Shown piece after piece: positions 7,691 to 15,483 of a stretch of 40,932 nucleotides of DNA. The notes beneath the pieces are model-generated. The model saw only the letters and a list, made by a program, of their open reading frames with translations. It searched no databases and had not been told where the DNA came from. The position numbers were made by a program, and so were the translations under genes. The DNA is from a virus, in the IMG/VR virus record IMGVR_UViG_3300029587_000019, positions 1 through 40,932 of that record; one strand, written 5' to 3'. Position 1 is the stretch's first letter. The number at the start of each line of letters is the position of its first letter.

Positions 7691-7837
7691 ATACCCCCGG
7701 CATCCGCCGGGGTCAGGAGGAAAGAAAGGATGGATGGAAAGAATGAGGATACGGATATAACCCCGCACCCTCATTCTGACACATATTTTTCTGCGCTTGC
7801 CCCGAATTGGGGGCAAAGACCAATTTTTTTTGCGATA

Positions 7838-8068
7838 CTATAAAGGTTTACTCTCTCGTTCGCCCTCGTCCCATGCAAGCTCATCCAAGCTGACGTGGTA
7901 ATGATTTGCTATCAGCTTCAACTGGCTGAGAGCCGGTTCGTTTTCCCCGGTTTCGTACTTCCGTAGCGTATCATGCCCGATCCCAATCAGCTCCGCTTTC
8001 ACTCTCATGCTTTTAGCAGGCCGCTCAGATTCCCTTAATTTCCGCAGCCGTTCCGGGAAGGTACTCAC
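7838..8068 (-). CDS. XRE-family HTH regulator
   Basis: 76 aa with LRKLRESERPAKSMRVKAELIGIGHDTLRKYETGENEP. Confidence 0.75.
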   Translation of the reverse strand: MSTFPERLRKLRESERPAKSMRVKAELIGIGHDTLRKYETGENEPALSQLKLIANHYHVSLDELAWDEGERESKPL

Positions 8069-8271
8069 ATAACCACCTCACATAGCCGGAAATTCTCTAC
8101 CACAGGGCCTCCCGCCGTTTCTGTCCGCACACTGACAAATCGGCCCTTTGGGTGGATGTAAATTACCTCTCCGCGCCGGAACGGATACATCTGCTCATAC
8201 GTCGGGTGCTGCCGCTCCAGCTGGGACGGTATGGACTTGAATCTGGCCCGAACCACCTGTCCAAGTTTCAT
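8065..8271 (-). CDS. Hypothetical protein (68 aa)
   Basis: ATGA overlap with the upstream gene. The internal start MKLGQVV was chosen over the longer ORF. Confidence 0.5.
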   Translation of the reverse strand: MKLGQVVRARFKSIPSQLERQHPTYEQMYPFRRGEVIYIHPKGRFVSVRTETAGGPVVENFRLCEVVM

Positions 8272-8465
8272 GATTCCTCCATTTCCAGCAGCATCACCAA
8301 GTCCCAGAACTTCCGCGCATCCAGCCCGGTTTCCGACTTGATTTTGCCCAGCCGATAGATCACGCTGTTGTGATGGATGTCCATTTCCTTCGCTGTTTTC
8401 ACGCAATTCATGTCATTCTTCGCATAGATGCGCAGGAGCGATATATCTTCCTTCTGCATAGGCAC
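8268..8465 (-). CDS. Small HTH protein (PucR C-terminal-like HTH)
   Basis: 65 aa with NCVKTAKEMDIHHNSVIYRLGKIKSETGLD. Confidence 0.6.
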   Translation of the reverse strand: MPMQKEDISLLRIYAKNDMNCVKTAKEMDIHHNSVIYRLGKIKSETGLDARKFWDLVMLLEMEES

Positions 8466-8471
8466 CTCCCA

Positions 8472-8777
8472 TCAATCGCCGTTTAGCCCTCGCAGGATGT
8501 CCATTAGAAGTTCAATGCTTTGCGTGGAAATCGCATTGCAATCATTCGTAACATCTTGAGCGCAATTGCATTCAGGCATGTTCCATTCCGGCGGGTTAAG
8601 GCCAAACAGCCCACTTCGAATTTCACAGATTAGCGCACGCATTTTTTCATTACGGTCATGCAGGGCTAAAAGTGATTCTTTCATCCCAACTAATCGGGGT
8701 TCCTTCACACAATCCGGCTCATAGGCCGAGTTGCAAGTTGGTGCAACGTCCACGTTCCCATTGTTTGAATTATACAT
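8472..8777 (-). CDS. Hypothetical protein (101 aa)
   Basis: RBS GGGAGG. Co-oriented in the operon. Confidence 0.6.
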   Translation of the reverse strand: MYNSNNGNVDVAPTCNSAYEPDCVKEPRLVGMKESLLALHDRNEKMRALICEIRSGLFGLNPPEWNMPECNCAQDVTNDCNAISTQSIELLMDILRGLNGD

Positions 8778-8781
8778 TTTC

Positions 8782-9120
8782 TTACCTCCCGTATTTGATC
8801 TTTTTCGCGTTTGGATACCGATCCGGGAACCGGATCAGCTCTGCCTTTCCGCTGATGATCTCCGCAAGAACCCGATCCATGTGCTCCTGTCGGACGTCCG
8901 CCTCCGGGTTCCGGCAGTCCAGGGCCGGCTTGTACTCCCGCTGAACGGCAACCCAGTTATGGGTGATCCGCATGATCCGATCGTAGCCCCAGCCCTCCGT
9001 CTGGTGGAGGGCCATCTGGAGCGTGTCCATTGCAAACTGCATCGCCATCGCCGCCCCGGCGTTGAAGGTGGCGTCCAGCTCCGCCTCCCGCCGTTGCAAA
9101 TACCCAGACTGTTTAGCCAT
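8782..9120 (-). CDS. Hypothetical protein (112 aa)
   Basis: ORF in tight operon spacing. Confidence 0.6.
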   Translation of the reverse strand: MAKQSGYLQRREAELDATFNAGAAMAMQFAMDTLQMALHQTEGWGYDRIMRITHNWVAVQREYKPALDCRNPEADVRQEHMDRVLAEIISGKAELIRFPDRYPNAKKIKYGR

Positions 9121-9406
9121 CCCCGCCGTCCTTTCTCTTGCCGTAGCTGCAAAAACTGTCTGGATAAATGTCCATACCGCTGACAGGACAAATCAGAAAT
9201 CCTTTCTTGTTGAAGGTGGCCGAATCAGCGTGCACACAATCCTTGCACCGTGTAACAAGTTTCGCCCTTCTCCGAAACTTATTGATTGTGGATACCCAAA
9301 CCAACGCAACGGCATATATCGCCAAGCCGAGAACAACTGATACCAGCACAGCACCGCCGACGATCATAAACGCCGCGCCAATGTTCACCATCACGTTATC
9401 TACCAT
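9113..9406 (-). CDS. Membrane protein with a Cys-rich C-terminus (97 aa)
   Basis: Hydrophobic N-terminal stretch IGAAFMIVGGAVLVSVVLGLAIYAVALVWV, then CKDC...C...C. Confidence 0.6.
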   Translation of the reverse strand: MVDNVMVNIGAAFMIVGGAVLVSVVLGLAIYAVALVWVSTINKFRRRAKLVTRCKDCVHADSATFNKKGFLICPVSGMDIYPDSFCSYGKRKDGGDG

Positions 9407-9692
9407 TCACAATCCCCCCGTCCATCATCGCCCCGCAATTGGGGCAGTAATCCGACAACAATTCCAGCCCATTTACAAGCACTTGCGCCGCATCGTGGCA
9501 AACAGAGCACTCGTGCCTGTCTGGTGACGGAAAAAAATTTCCTGCTTTTTCCCACGAAATCCACCGCCCATGCACCACCGGGGCCACGTCGGCGGCTGGC
9601 AGGGCCTCAATATACTGCGACGGCTCAAGCCCTTTTGCCCACGCGTGCTTTGCGGCCTCAATCGCCGCGCTGCGCTCAATGTATTCAGCCAT
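9396..9692 (-). CDS. Hypothetical zinc-ribbon protein (98 aa)
   Basis: CSVC...CPNC pairs. Confidence 0.6.
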   Translation of the reverse strand: MAEYIERSAAIEAAKHAWAKGLEPSQYIEALPAADVAPVVHGRWISWEKAGNFFPSPDRHECSVCHDAAQVLVNGLELLSDYCPNCGAMMDGGIVNGR

Positions 9693-9801
9693 TGTCAGAA
9701 GTCCTCCTCACATACGCCACGCAGTTCTCAGGGTCATTCCCACAAAGACATGGCGCATATACGCACGAATCACAAATTGTAAACATCTCAGTTAGTGTCA
9801 T
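9685..9801 (-). CDS. Tiny Cys-rich ORF (38 aa), uncertain
   Basis: Fills the gap between flanking genes, with overlapping stop/start on both sides. Found by hand translation. Confidence 0.3.
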   Translation of the reverse strand: MTLTEMFTICDSCVYAPCLCGNDPENCVAYVRRTSDNG

Positions 9802-9803
9802 TG

Positions 9804-10028
9804 TCAGCCCTCCTGTTTCAGCTCTTGCACAGTCTGGTGGATACGCTTCGCGCAGGCAGGGCATATTTCCCCCACATCCACTATGACATTCACTATGTCC
9901 GGGTTGCTGTCGTAGATGCTTGCGTTGCTCTCCACGCAGACCCTATAAGTTTCCTGAAGATTGTGTATTTCTTTTCCGCAAAGATCACAAAAACGCTTCG
10001 TCATGTTCTTTCCTTCCTCCTGTTCCAC
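9804..10028 (-). CDS. Hypothetical zinc-ribbon protein (74 aa)
   Basis: CDLCGKE...CPAC. Confidence 0.55.
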   Translation of the reverse strand: MEQEEGKNMTKRFCDLCGKEIHNLQETYRVCVESNASIYDSNPDIVNVIVDVGEICPACAKRIHQTVQELKQEG

Positions 10029-10183
10029 TCCTTAACAGCATCTTCTTTTGTGTGGCCTCGCTTTGCACCGGCCCCACATCTCTGACACTGTGAGAAGTAC
10101 CGATAGTACAAATACTCGTTATCATCCGCAAGTATCTCTACGCCCTTATATCCACAAAACGGGCACGGTTTTAAGTCATTCAT
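10001..10183 (-). CDS. lar: Lar-family restriction alleviation-like protein
   Basis: 60 aa with LKPCPFCG...CQRCGA...EDAVKEWNRR. Confidence 0.65.
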   Translation of the reverse strand: MNDLKPCPFCGYKGVEILADDNEYLYYRYFSQCQRCGAGAKRGHTKEDAVKEWNRRKERT

Positions 10184-10679
10184 CCTTCATCGCCTCCACA
10201 TAGCACCAGCTCTGGGGCGGGCGGCGAAGCGGCAAAGCCCCATTGTTGCAGATACCGCCGTTGTTGCTGTACATGGCGCAGGTCTCACAGCATAGGTCAT
10301 TAGGACAAATCCGCCGGAAGTCCGTCAGCTCCCGCGGCTGGTCATAGATCAGCAGGTCGGAGATGTGCCAGCCGTAAAGTATCTTGTCTTTAGCATACTT
10401 TTCCGTGTCAAATCCATCCATACAGGCAGCCATGCAAAAAATCGGGTTGGTATTCCGCGGTGAGCCTATCCAAAACCCATCGCAGGTAAACTCGCCGATG
10501 ACCTTGCCCCACGACCCGCGCAGCCTGCGTGCGTCTCTGCCTTGCGTGCAATAGATATAGCACCTGAACGGATTTTTCAGCTTTTTGGGGCGGGTCTTGC
10601 GGACCTCAATCGTTTTCTCACCGTTGGCGATTTTCTCGCACCACTTCGGGCGAATGCTGATAAGTACGGCTTTACTCAT
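10176..10679 (-). CDS. ASCH (PUA-like) domain protein
   Basis: 167 aa with N-terminal AVLISIRPKWCEKIANGEKTIEVRK. Confidence 0.6.
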   Translation of the reverse strand: MSKAVLISIRPKWCEKIANGEKTIEVRKTRPKKLKNPFRCYIYCTQGRDARRLRGSWGKVIGEFTCDGFWIGSPRNTNPIFCMAACMDGFDTEKYAKDKILYGWHISDLLIYDQPRELTDFRRICPNDLCCETCAMYSNNGGICNNGALPLRRPPQSWCYVEAMKDE

Positions 10680-11173
10680 GCTTTCTTCGCCTCCGATGCT
10701 TTCTCCGCCGCCTCGCGGGTCAGGAAAACGGTCTTGCCGATGTCTGCGCCATCATTACGCAGACGATACGCGCAGAACCCGTCCGGCTTGCGATTGCACG
10801 TTGACATACACAGATTATCCTCATCCGTGCATACAGTTCTGATGTCCGGGGCTTCAAGCTTCATTTCTCGCGGCATATTGTCACGGCCAGTCACCCATAG
10901 CGTTTCGCCCACCTTGCACGGCAGCACCACCAGCCGACCGTCCTTGTCGGCCTCGACCAGTTTCTCCAACCGGTCAAGGTCACAGCCTTGGCACAGTTGG
11001 CGGAGCTGCTCTGCGGCTTCGTGATCCATGTCGATTTCTTCTGGTGTCCGCTCCGTATCTTCATAGTCGGCGAGGCGGTTTGCCGCTGAAATATAATCGT
11101 GATTCTTTACCCGCACACCATAAATTTCTTTTGGGTCTGCGCAATTTACGTCTCTTTCCGTCAATCGTTCCAT
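10676..11173 (-). CDS. Hypothetical protein (165 aa)
   Basis: Start MERLTERD follows GGAGGAGG. Confidence 0.6.
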   Translation of the reverse strand: MERLTERDVNCADPKEIYGVRVKNHDYISAANRLADYEDTERTPEEIDMDHEAAEQLRQLCQGCDLDRLEKLVEADKDGRLVVLPCKVGETLWVTGRDNMPREMKLEAPDIRTVCTDEDNLCMSTCNRKPDGFCAYRLRNDGADIGKTVFLTREAAEKASEAKKA

Positions 11174-11177
11174 CTTC

Positions 11178-11477
11178 TTACCTCCTCCACCGACATCCAT
11201 CACAGGCCCCATCATGGGCCAGCGTGTAATTTCCGCATTTCAGGCACAGTTCGTTCCGCAGTGCGTCAATCTCTTTCGCCTGCGCTTCAATCCGGTCGGC
11301 TGCGGCAAGCCCCACCGCGTCAACATCGCAGGAGGGCCACTCCGTCAAATTGACTTTTCCCGCCAGATTTTCTGGGACCGGCTCAGTCTTGTAAAACGGG
11401 CATTTCTTGCAGTCGCCCATTGGCCCGCCTGCTGTTGAAACGCATCTCAAGGCATTTACGAGTTCTTGATCTCTCAA
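11178..11477 (-). CDS. Hypothetical Cys-rich protein (99 aa)
   Basis: ORF in the operon with CKKC...CLKC...CDGC. Confidence 0.55.
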   Translation of the reverse strand: MRDQELVNALRCVSTAGGPMGDCKKCPFYKTEPVPENLAGKVNLTEWPSCDVDAVGLAAADRIEAQAKEIDALRNELCLKCGNYTLAHDGACDGCRWRR

Positions 11478-11806
11478 AATGGTAGCTCTCCTTCCTCATC
11501 CTCCGCGAGCCAGAATGCCTTTCTACACTCAGAGCAAGTTTGCGCAGCGCAGTTAATGCCTGTATCTGAGAACACTTCCATCGGGCAAGCATGGAGGAAC
11601 CCGTCTATTGTAATTTGCGCGCCGGGGTAATGCTTTAGAAACTCGCTCTGGCGGGTTTTGACGGGATGCTCTGCGGCCCACTGTTCGACTTGCCTAACGA
11701 GTGATATAGGTTCAATATGTGCAATATTAAGTTCTTCACCGTAATAATCCGGGTTGCTTTTACTTCGTTTTTTCAGTTGTTCCAAAAACTCCACAGCATC
11801 CATCAT
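11474..11806 (-). CDS. Hypothetical protein (110 aa)
   Basis: ORF with overlapping stop/start on both sides. Confidence 0.6.
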   Translation of the reverse strand: MMDAVEFLEQLKKRSKSNPDYYGEELNIAHIEPISLVRQVEQWAAEHPVKTRQSEFLKHYPGAQITIDGFLHACPMEVFSDTGINCAAQTCSECRKAFWLAEDEEGELPF

Positions 11807-12180
11807 TCTGCCTCCTCAATTTCCACGCGGATCGTATCTCCGCTCCAAAATTTGTGTTCCACGGCGCGGAACCACTCAGGGTTGTCGTCCGGCAGTATGT
11901 AGCCCTTCATCGCGTCCACAAAGGCTTTGCCCAGCGCACCGTGATTGTCGATGTCCAGATTGTCATTCCAGAAAAATGTCACCTTGACGGGGTGATCTAC
12001 CAGACGTTTTGTAACCCCTGCTTTTCGCATTGCCCAGTGGGCAAGCTCGTGCAGCTCTTCCGCGTCCTTCTTCCGCTGCGACCAATGCTTACCGGCGTAA
12101 TACGCGTTCAGGCCAAACCGCTTGTTCCACGCCGCTTTACCGCGCTTTGTTGCCGGATAAGGGATCTCAAATGCAATCAC
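11803..12180 (-). CDS. rusA: RusA-family Holliday junction resolvase
   Basis: 125 aa with NDNLDIDNHGALGKAFVDAMKGYILPDDN. Confidence 0.7.
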   Translation of the reverse strand: MIAFEIPYPATKRGKAAWNKRFGLNAYYAGKHWSQRKKDAEELHELAHWAMRKAGVTKRLVDHPVKVTFFWNDNLDIDNHGALGKAFVDAMKGYILPDDNPEWFRAVEHKFWSGDTIRVEIEEAE

Positions 12181-12890
12181 CGCTTTTCCTCCTCACAAGT
12201 AAACAAACTGATCTGCGCCGTGTGTTCCTCAAAGCGCTTTTCCTGCGCCTGAAAATAGTGAGGGTCGATCTCACACCCAACAAAATCAAAGCCAAGATCA
12301 TAGGCGGCTATGCGGCTGCTGCCGCTGCCTAAGTGGGTATCCAGTATCTTGTCCCCCGGCTTTGCGTACTTCTGCAAAATCCATGTGTATAGCGCCACCG
12401 GCTTCTGCGTCGGGTGGATGCGCTTCTCATTGAGAGCTTTGTTCCCCTGCTGGACTGTCCCCTCTGCGATACTCTTCCCCTGCATCATGCCGCGCCACAT
12501 AAACCGGAATATGTCGGTTCTCAAATTCAAAGAGTTAAACGCAATCTCAGCCCCAGACTGATCGGCTCCGTCATTGCACTTGTCCCAGACGATTGCTCCG
12601 CTGCGAGGAAGAACAAAATAGTTTGCCCCCCAGATGATCTGATTCTTGCTGACCCGGAAAAGCTCCGCAAAGTACCGCTCATCCGCAGGGAAACGGTCAA
12701 AGCCGGTCTTTTCGTAGCCGCCATCCTTGACGTAAATCCGTGATCCATTCTTCTGTGTTACATAGCGGCTCCGGTCCTTACCGCCATCTTCTCCGATTCC
12801 ATAAGGCGGGTCTACCACAGCCAGATCAAACGCCTTGTCGGACAGCGTCCGCATATACTCCATGCAGTCCATGTTATAGGCTACGTTCAC
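12177..12890 (-). CDS. DNA methyltransferase (N4/N6, beta-class)
   Basis: 237 aa with VVDPPYGI, HPTQKP and DTHLGSGSS. Confidence 0.85.
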   Translation of the reverse strand: MNVAYNMDCMEYMRTLSDKAFDLAVVDPPYGIGEDGGKDRSRYVTQKNGSRIYVKDGGYEKTGFDRFPADERYFAELFRVSKNQIIWGANYFVLPRSGAIVWDKCNDGADQSGAEIAFNSLNLRTDIFRFMWRGMMQGKSIAEGTVQQGNKALNEKRIHPTQKPVALYTWILQKYAKPGDKILDTHLGSGSSRIAAYDLGFDFVGCEIDPHYFQAQEKRFEEHTAQISLFTCEEEKR

Positions 12891-13021
12891 CGCTTTTCCT
12901 CCTTGCCGTTGATGATGACGCTGACCACGCGGACGCGGCCCAGAGGCTCCAGCAGCATCGCCACCGCCTCCTTCGTTCCCTGCGTATCCTCGCCGTAAAT
13001 ATCAACCACGATCCGCATCAT
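12887..13021 (-). CDS. Tiny ORF (44 aa), uncertain
   Basis: Internal start MMRIVVDIYGED. Overlaps neighbours. Confidence 0.3.
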   Translation of the reverse strand: MMRIVVDIYGEDTQGTKEAVAMLLEPLGRVRVVSVIINGKEEKR

Positions 13022-13253
13022 TTCCCAGATCACCATCCAATTCCAGGTACGGCTGGAAGGAGCGCATTTTTTTACCGCACCTTGCGCACTTGTAGTTATA
13101 CATGGCATCGCAGCAGCCTGCTCCATCGTAGCTGTAATCAACGCCGGTGCGTTTCCAGTCATGCTGCTCGCATGGGCAAAGCCGTTCTTCCAGCTCTGCC
13201 ACTCGGTAACTAAGCCGGACTATTTCTGCTTTCAAGCGCTTATTTCCAAACAT
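13002..13253 (-). CDS. Hypothetical Cys-rich protein (83 aa)
   Basis: Coiled N-terminus followed by CPC...CARCG. Confidence 0.5.
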   Translation of the reverse strand: MFGNKRLKAEIVRLSYRVAELEERLCPCEQHDWKRTGVDYSYDGAGCCDAMYNYKCARCGKKMRSFQPYLELDGDLGNDADRG

Positions 13254-13260
13254 TTTTCAA

Positions 13261-13515
13261 TCATCCCCTCCTGAATTTGGGGCAGGCACGGACGCTGAAA
13301 GATTTCTCTACAAACTTCCCGCCGACCGTCCGTGTTGTGGCTATCGCATCCCATCCGGGAACCGGCTCAAACCGCGCCGACCACTCGCAGCCGCCGTATA
13401 CATTGGCGCAATTCCAACAAAGCTGTTGAGACTGGTACGTCACATCCGGCGTCCTTGCCGCCTTCCATCTCCGGCATGGGCGCACCAGCTCGGCCAGCTT
13501 AAAATCTCCCGCCAT
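13261..13515 (-). CDS. Hypothetical Cys-rich protein (84 aa)
   Basis: Start MAGDFKLAEL overlaps the upstream stop. Contains CWNC...GGCEWS. Confidence 0.55.
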   Translation of the reverse strand: MAGDFKLAELVRPCRRWKAARTPDVTYQSQQLCWNCANVYGGCEWSARFEPVPGWDAIATTRTVGGKFVEKSFSVRACPKFRRG

Positions 13516-14255
13516 CACACATACCCCCAAGCGTCCTCGCATTTTATGCCGGGGCCTTTTGCGCCCTTACGGCCACCGCGATCCTGTTCTTTCGCCAGCC
13601 AGCGGGTAATGAATCCGCGCACACCACGCGCCGTTTTCCGCTTCGCCGGGTTATTCAGGCACCATTCCCGCATTTCCCGCAACTGCTGCATCACGTCTAC
13701 AGCAGGGTACACGCCCGCCCATTCCTGGCATTGCTCCTGCGACACCGGATATTCAGTACCGTCATTGAGGGGGATGGAAACCACCGGCGGGGATGCCGTT
13801 TGCGGCTCGCCGCCTACTTCTTCTGGATTCTGGATTCTGGATTCTGGATTCTGGATTGGATTACGGGCGCATTTGCTTTCACCTGCTTGCAATTGATTGC
13901 AATTGATTTCAGATGTAATCAATCCGTCAGCAGGTGCCGGGAATTTGCTTACTTTGTTCCTCACCGTCTGGTGCTCGCTCCAGTTTGGAAAACATAGGTA
14001 CGGTTCTCCGTCAACTTCATAGAGGATCACAGAGCCTATGGTCGCCAATTCTGCAAGCGTCTTACTGATCGTTCCCTCAGTCACACCTTTTCTGCGGGGG
14101 AATACAAAGCCTTTGAGCAATTCCGGGTCTGCGCTGCCGCGCCCATAATCATCAACGTAGGTGATCAGGTACGCCCACAATCGGAACTGAAAGTCCGACA
14201 TTGCGTTGATGCTTTTGCTCGTCCTGATGCTATCCTTGATGATTCTATTCGGCAT
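13515..14255 (-). CDS. Phage replisome organizer / replication initiator (N-terminal DnaD-like winged helix)
   Basis: 246 aa with FQFRLWAYLITYVDDYGRGSADPELLKGFVFP. Internal iterons. Adjacent to SSB. Confidence 0.7.
   Translation of the reverse strand: MPNRIIKDSIRTSKSINAMSDFQFRLWAYLITYVDDYGRGSADPELLKGFVFPRRKGVTEGTISKTLAELATIGSVILYEVDGEPYLCFPNWSEHQTVRNKVSKFPAPADGLITSEINCNQLQAGESKCARNPIQNPESRIQNPEEVGGEPQTASPPVVSIPLNDGTEYPVSQEQCQEWAGVYPAVDVMQQLREMREWCLNNPAKRKTARGVRGFITRWLAKEQDRGGRKGAKGPGIKCEDAWGYV
13821..13855. repeat. Exact 7-bp tandem repeat x5 (ttctgga) inside the organizer gene. Iteron candidate.
   Basis: Read directly. It encodes NPIQNPESRIQNPEE. Confidence 0.9.
13888..13923. repeat. 10-bp direct repeat x2 (tgcaattgat) plus an inverted aatcaat copy. 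Origin-like.
   Basis: Read directly, about 30 bp from the 7-bp iterons. Confidence 0.8.
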
Positions 14256-14267
14256 TCGCCCACCGCC

Positions 14268-14672
14268 TTAGAACGGGAGATCCCAATCATCCTCGATCTC
14301 GCTGAAACTGCCCTGCGGTTCGCTCTGCGCCGTGTCCCCGCCGTCCCGCTTGGAATCGCCAAAGTACACGCTGTCGGCCACGATCTCGGCGCTGCGGCGT
14401 TTATTGCCGTCCTTGTCCGTCCAGTCACGCAGCTGCAAGCGGCCCTCCACAACGGCCATACGGCCCTTAGAGAAGTACTTGCTTACAAATTCGGCGGTGT
14501 TGCGCCAAGCCACCACGTCAATGAAATCCGTTTCCTTCTCGCCGGACTGGGACTTAAAGTCCCGATCAACCGCCACGGTGAAGGAGGTTACAGCGTTGCC
14601 GCTGTTGGTGCGGCGCAATTCAGGGTCGCGGGTCATCCGGCCCATCACAATAATTCTGTTCAGCATATTCAT
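14268..14672 (-). CDS. ssb: Single-stranded DNA-binding protein
   Basis: 134 aa with an OB-fold SSB pattern and the acidic tail DDWDLPF. Confidence 0.9.
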   Translation of the reverse strand: MNMLNRIIVMGRMTRDPELRRTNSGNAVTSFTVAVDRDFKSQSGEKETDFIDVVAWRNTAEFVSKYFSKGRMAVVEGRLQLRDWTDKDGNKRRSAEIVADSVYFGDSKRDGGDTAQSEPQGSFSEIEDDWDLPF

Positions 14673-14959
14673 TCCCCCAAATAATTTTTTTTGAAAACTT
14701 CCATGAATTTCTCATGGCCATACAGTTCTTCAAACCGCTGCTGGCACTCGCGCTTCAAGCGCAAGTCCAGATCGTGGCCATTCTTGCCGTGAACGCCGTA
14801 ATCGGCCATGTTATGCCAGTCGGCACGGAGATACACCCAGCAACCCCATTTCTCGGATAGCTGCCGCCTGCCGCCGCCATAGACGTGGTGCTTTGCCAAC
14901 CGCTCTGTAAAGCTGGTCAGGTAGCACTCCCGGCGGTCTTGCATGATGCTCTTGCTCAT
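14669..14959 (-). CDS. Hypothetical protein, degenerate HNH-like (HHV..GG....SEKWG)
   Basis: 96 aa. ATGA overlap with the upstream gene. Confidence 0.5.
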   Translation of the reverse strand: MSKSIMQDRRECYLTSFTERLAKHHVYGGGRRQLSEKWGCWVYLRADWHNMADYGVHGKNGHDLDLRLKRECQQRFEELYGHEKFMEVFKKNYLGE

Positions 14960-15483
14960 CGGCCCCATTCCTCCATCATCCCCGCCAGCTTGTCCGGAGG
15001 CAGGGTCTCAATACCTTGCTCCTGGCAGTCCTGCACCGCCATATCGATCAGCCGTGACATTTGCGCGGTATCGTAGGTGCTGGACCCGTAGTAAAGTACA
15101 ACGTTCGTGCAGCCCGGAAGCTTGCTGGGCATGGTATCCGTCTGCCAGCCCCGCCCGTTATGCTCCCAACCGCTCCGCAGCTTGTCTACGCCTTTGGCCG
15201 GAATGCACACCGTCTCATTGTTTCCGCCGATTTCCCGGATGTAGCTCCGGTAAATATCCGTCTTGGGTATCTGGGTCTTTTCAGCCAGTCGGTCAGCCAA
15301 AACCCAGAAGTACGCATTCGCGTCGAGGCTTCGCTTCTCCCGGTGTTCCTTGATCTCCACGTCATATGGCTTGCCCTCTTTCAGACTGTCAAGCACCTGT
15401 CGTGCCTTGTTGGTCTGGATGCACAACCAGTCTCCAGCGGCATCCATCGTCCAGCGGAACGATGTGGCTTTAACCTGCTGCAT
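14956..15483 (-). CDS. NinB/Orf-like recombination mediator (putative)
   Basis: 175 aa. EKRSLDANAYFWVLADRL resembles lambda NinB RSLDQNRKLWACLGDV. Confidence 0.5.
   Translation of the reverse strand: MQQVKATSFRWTMDAAGDWLCIQTNKARQVLDSLKEGKPYDVEIKEHREKRSLDANAYFWVLADRLAEKTQIPKTDIYRSYIREIGGNNETVCIPAKGVDKLRSGWEHNGRGWQTDTMPSKLPGCTNVVLYYGSSTYDTAQMSRLIDMAVQDCQEQGIETLPPDKLAGMMEEWGR

Noticed and set aside
7797-7831. Terminator-like hairpin (TTGCCCC-gaattg-GGGGCAA followed by T8) oriented for the plus strand
   Set aside because: There is no plus-strand gene or promoter upstream, and the T-run is 7 nt from the stem. I keep it only as a caveat on the strand assignment of the structured region.
6807-7843. 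Plus-strand ORFs 6807..7148, 7141..7386, 7450..7746 and 7637..7843
   Set aside because: None has an RBS or a family resemblance. They are Pro/Ser/Arg-rich translations of a GC-rich structured region, and one runs antisense through the tRNA-like element.
13821-13855. CRISPR-like or microsatellite array
   Set aside because: The 7-bp units are contiguous with no spacers and lie inside a coding region. They are better explained as origin iterons.
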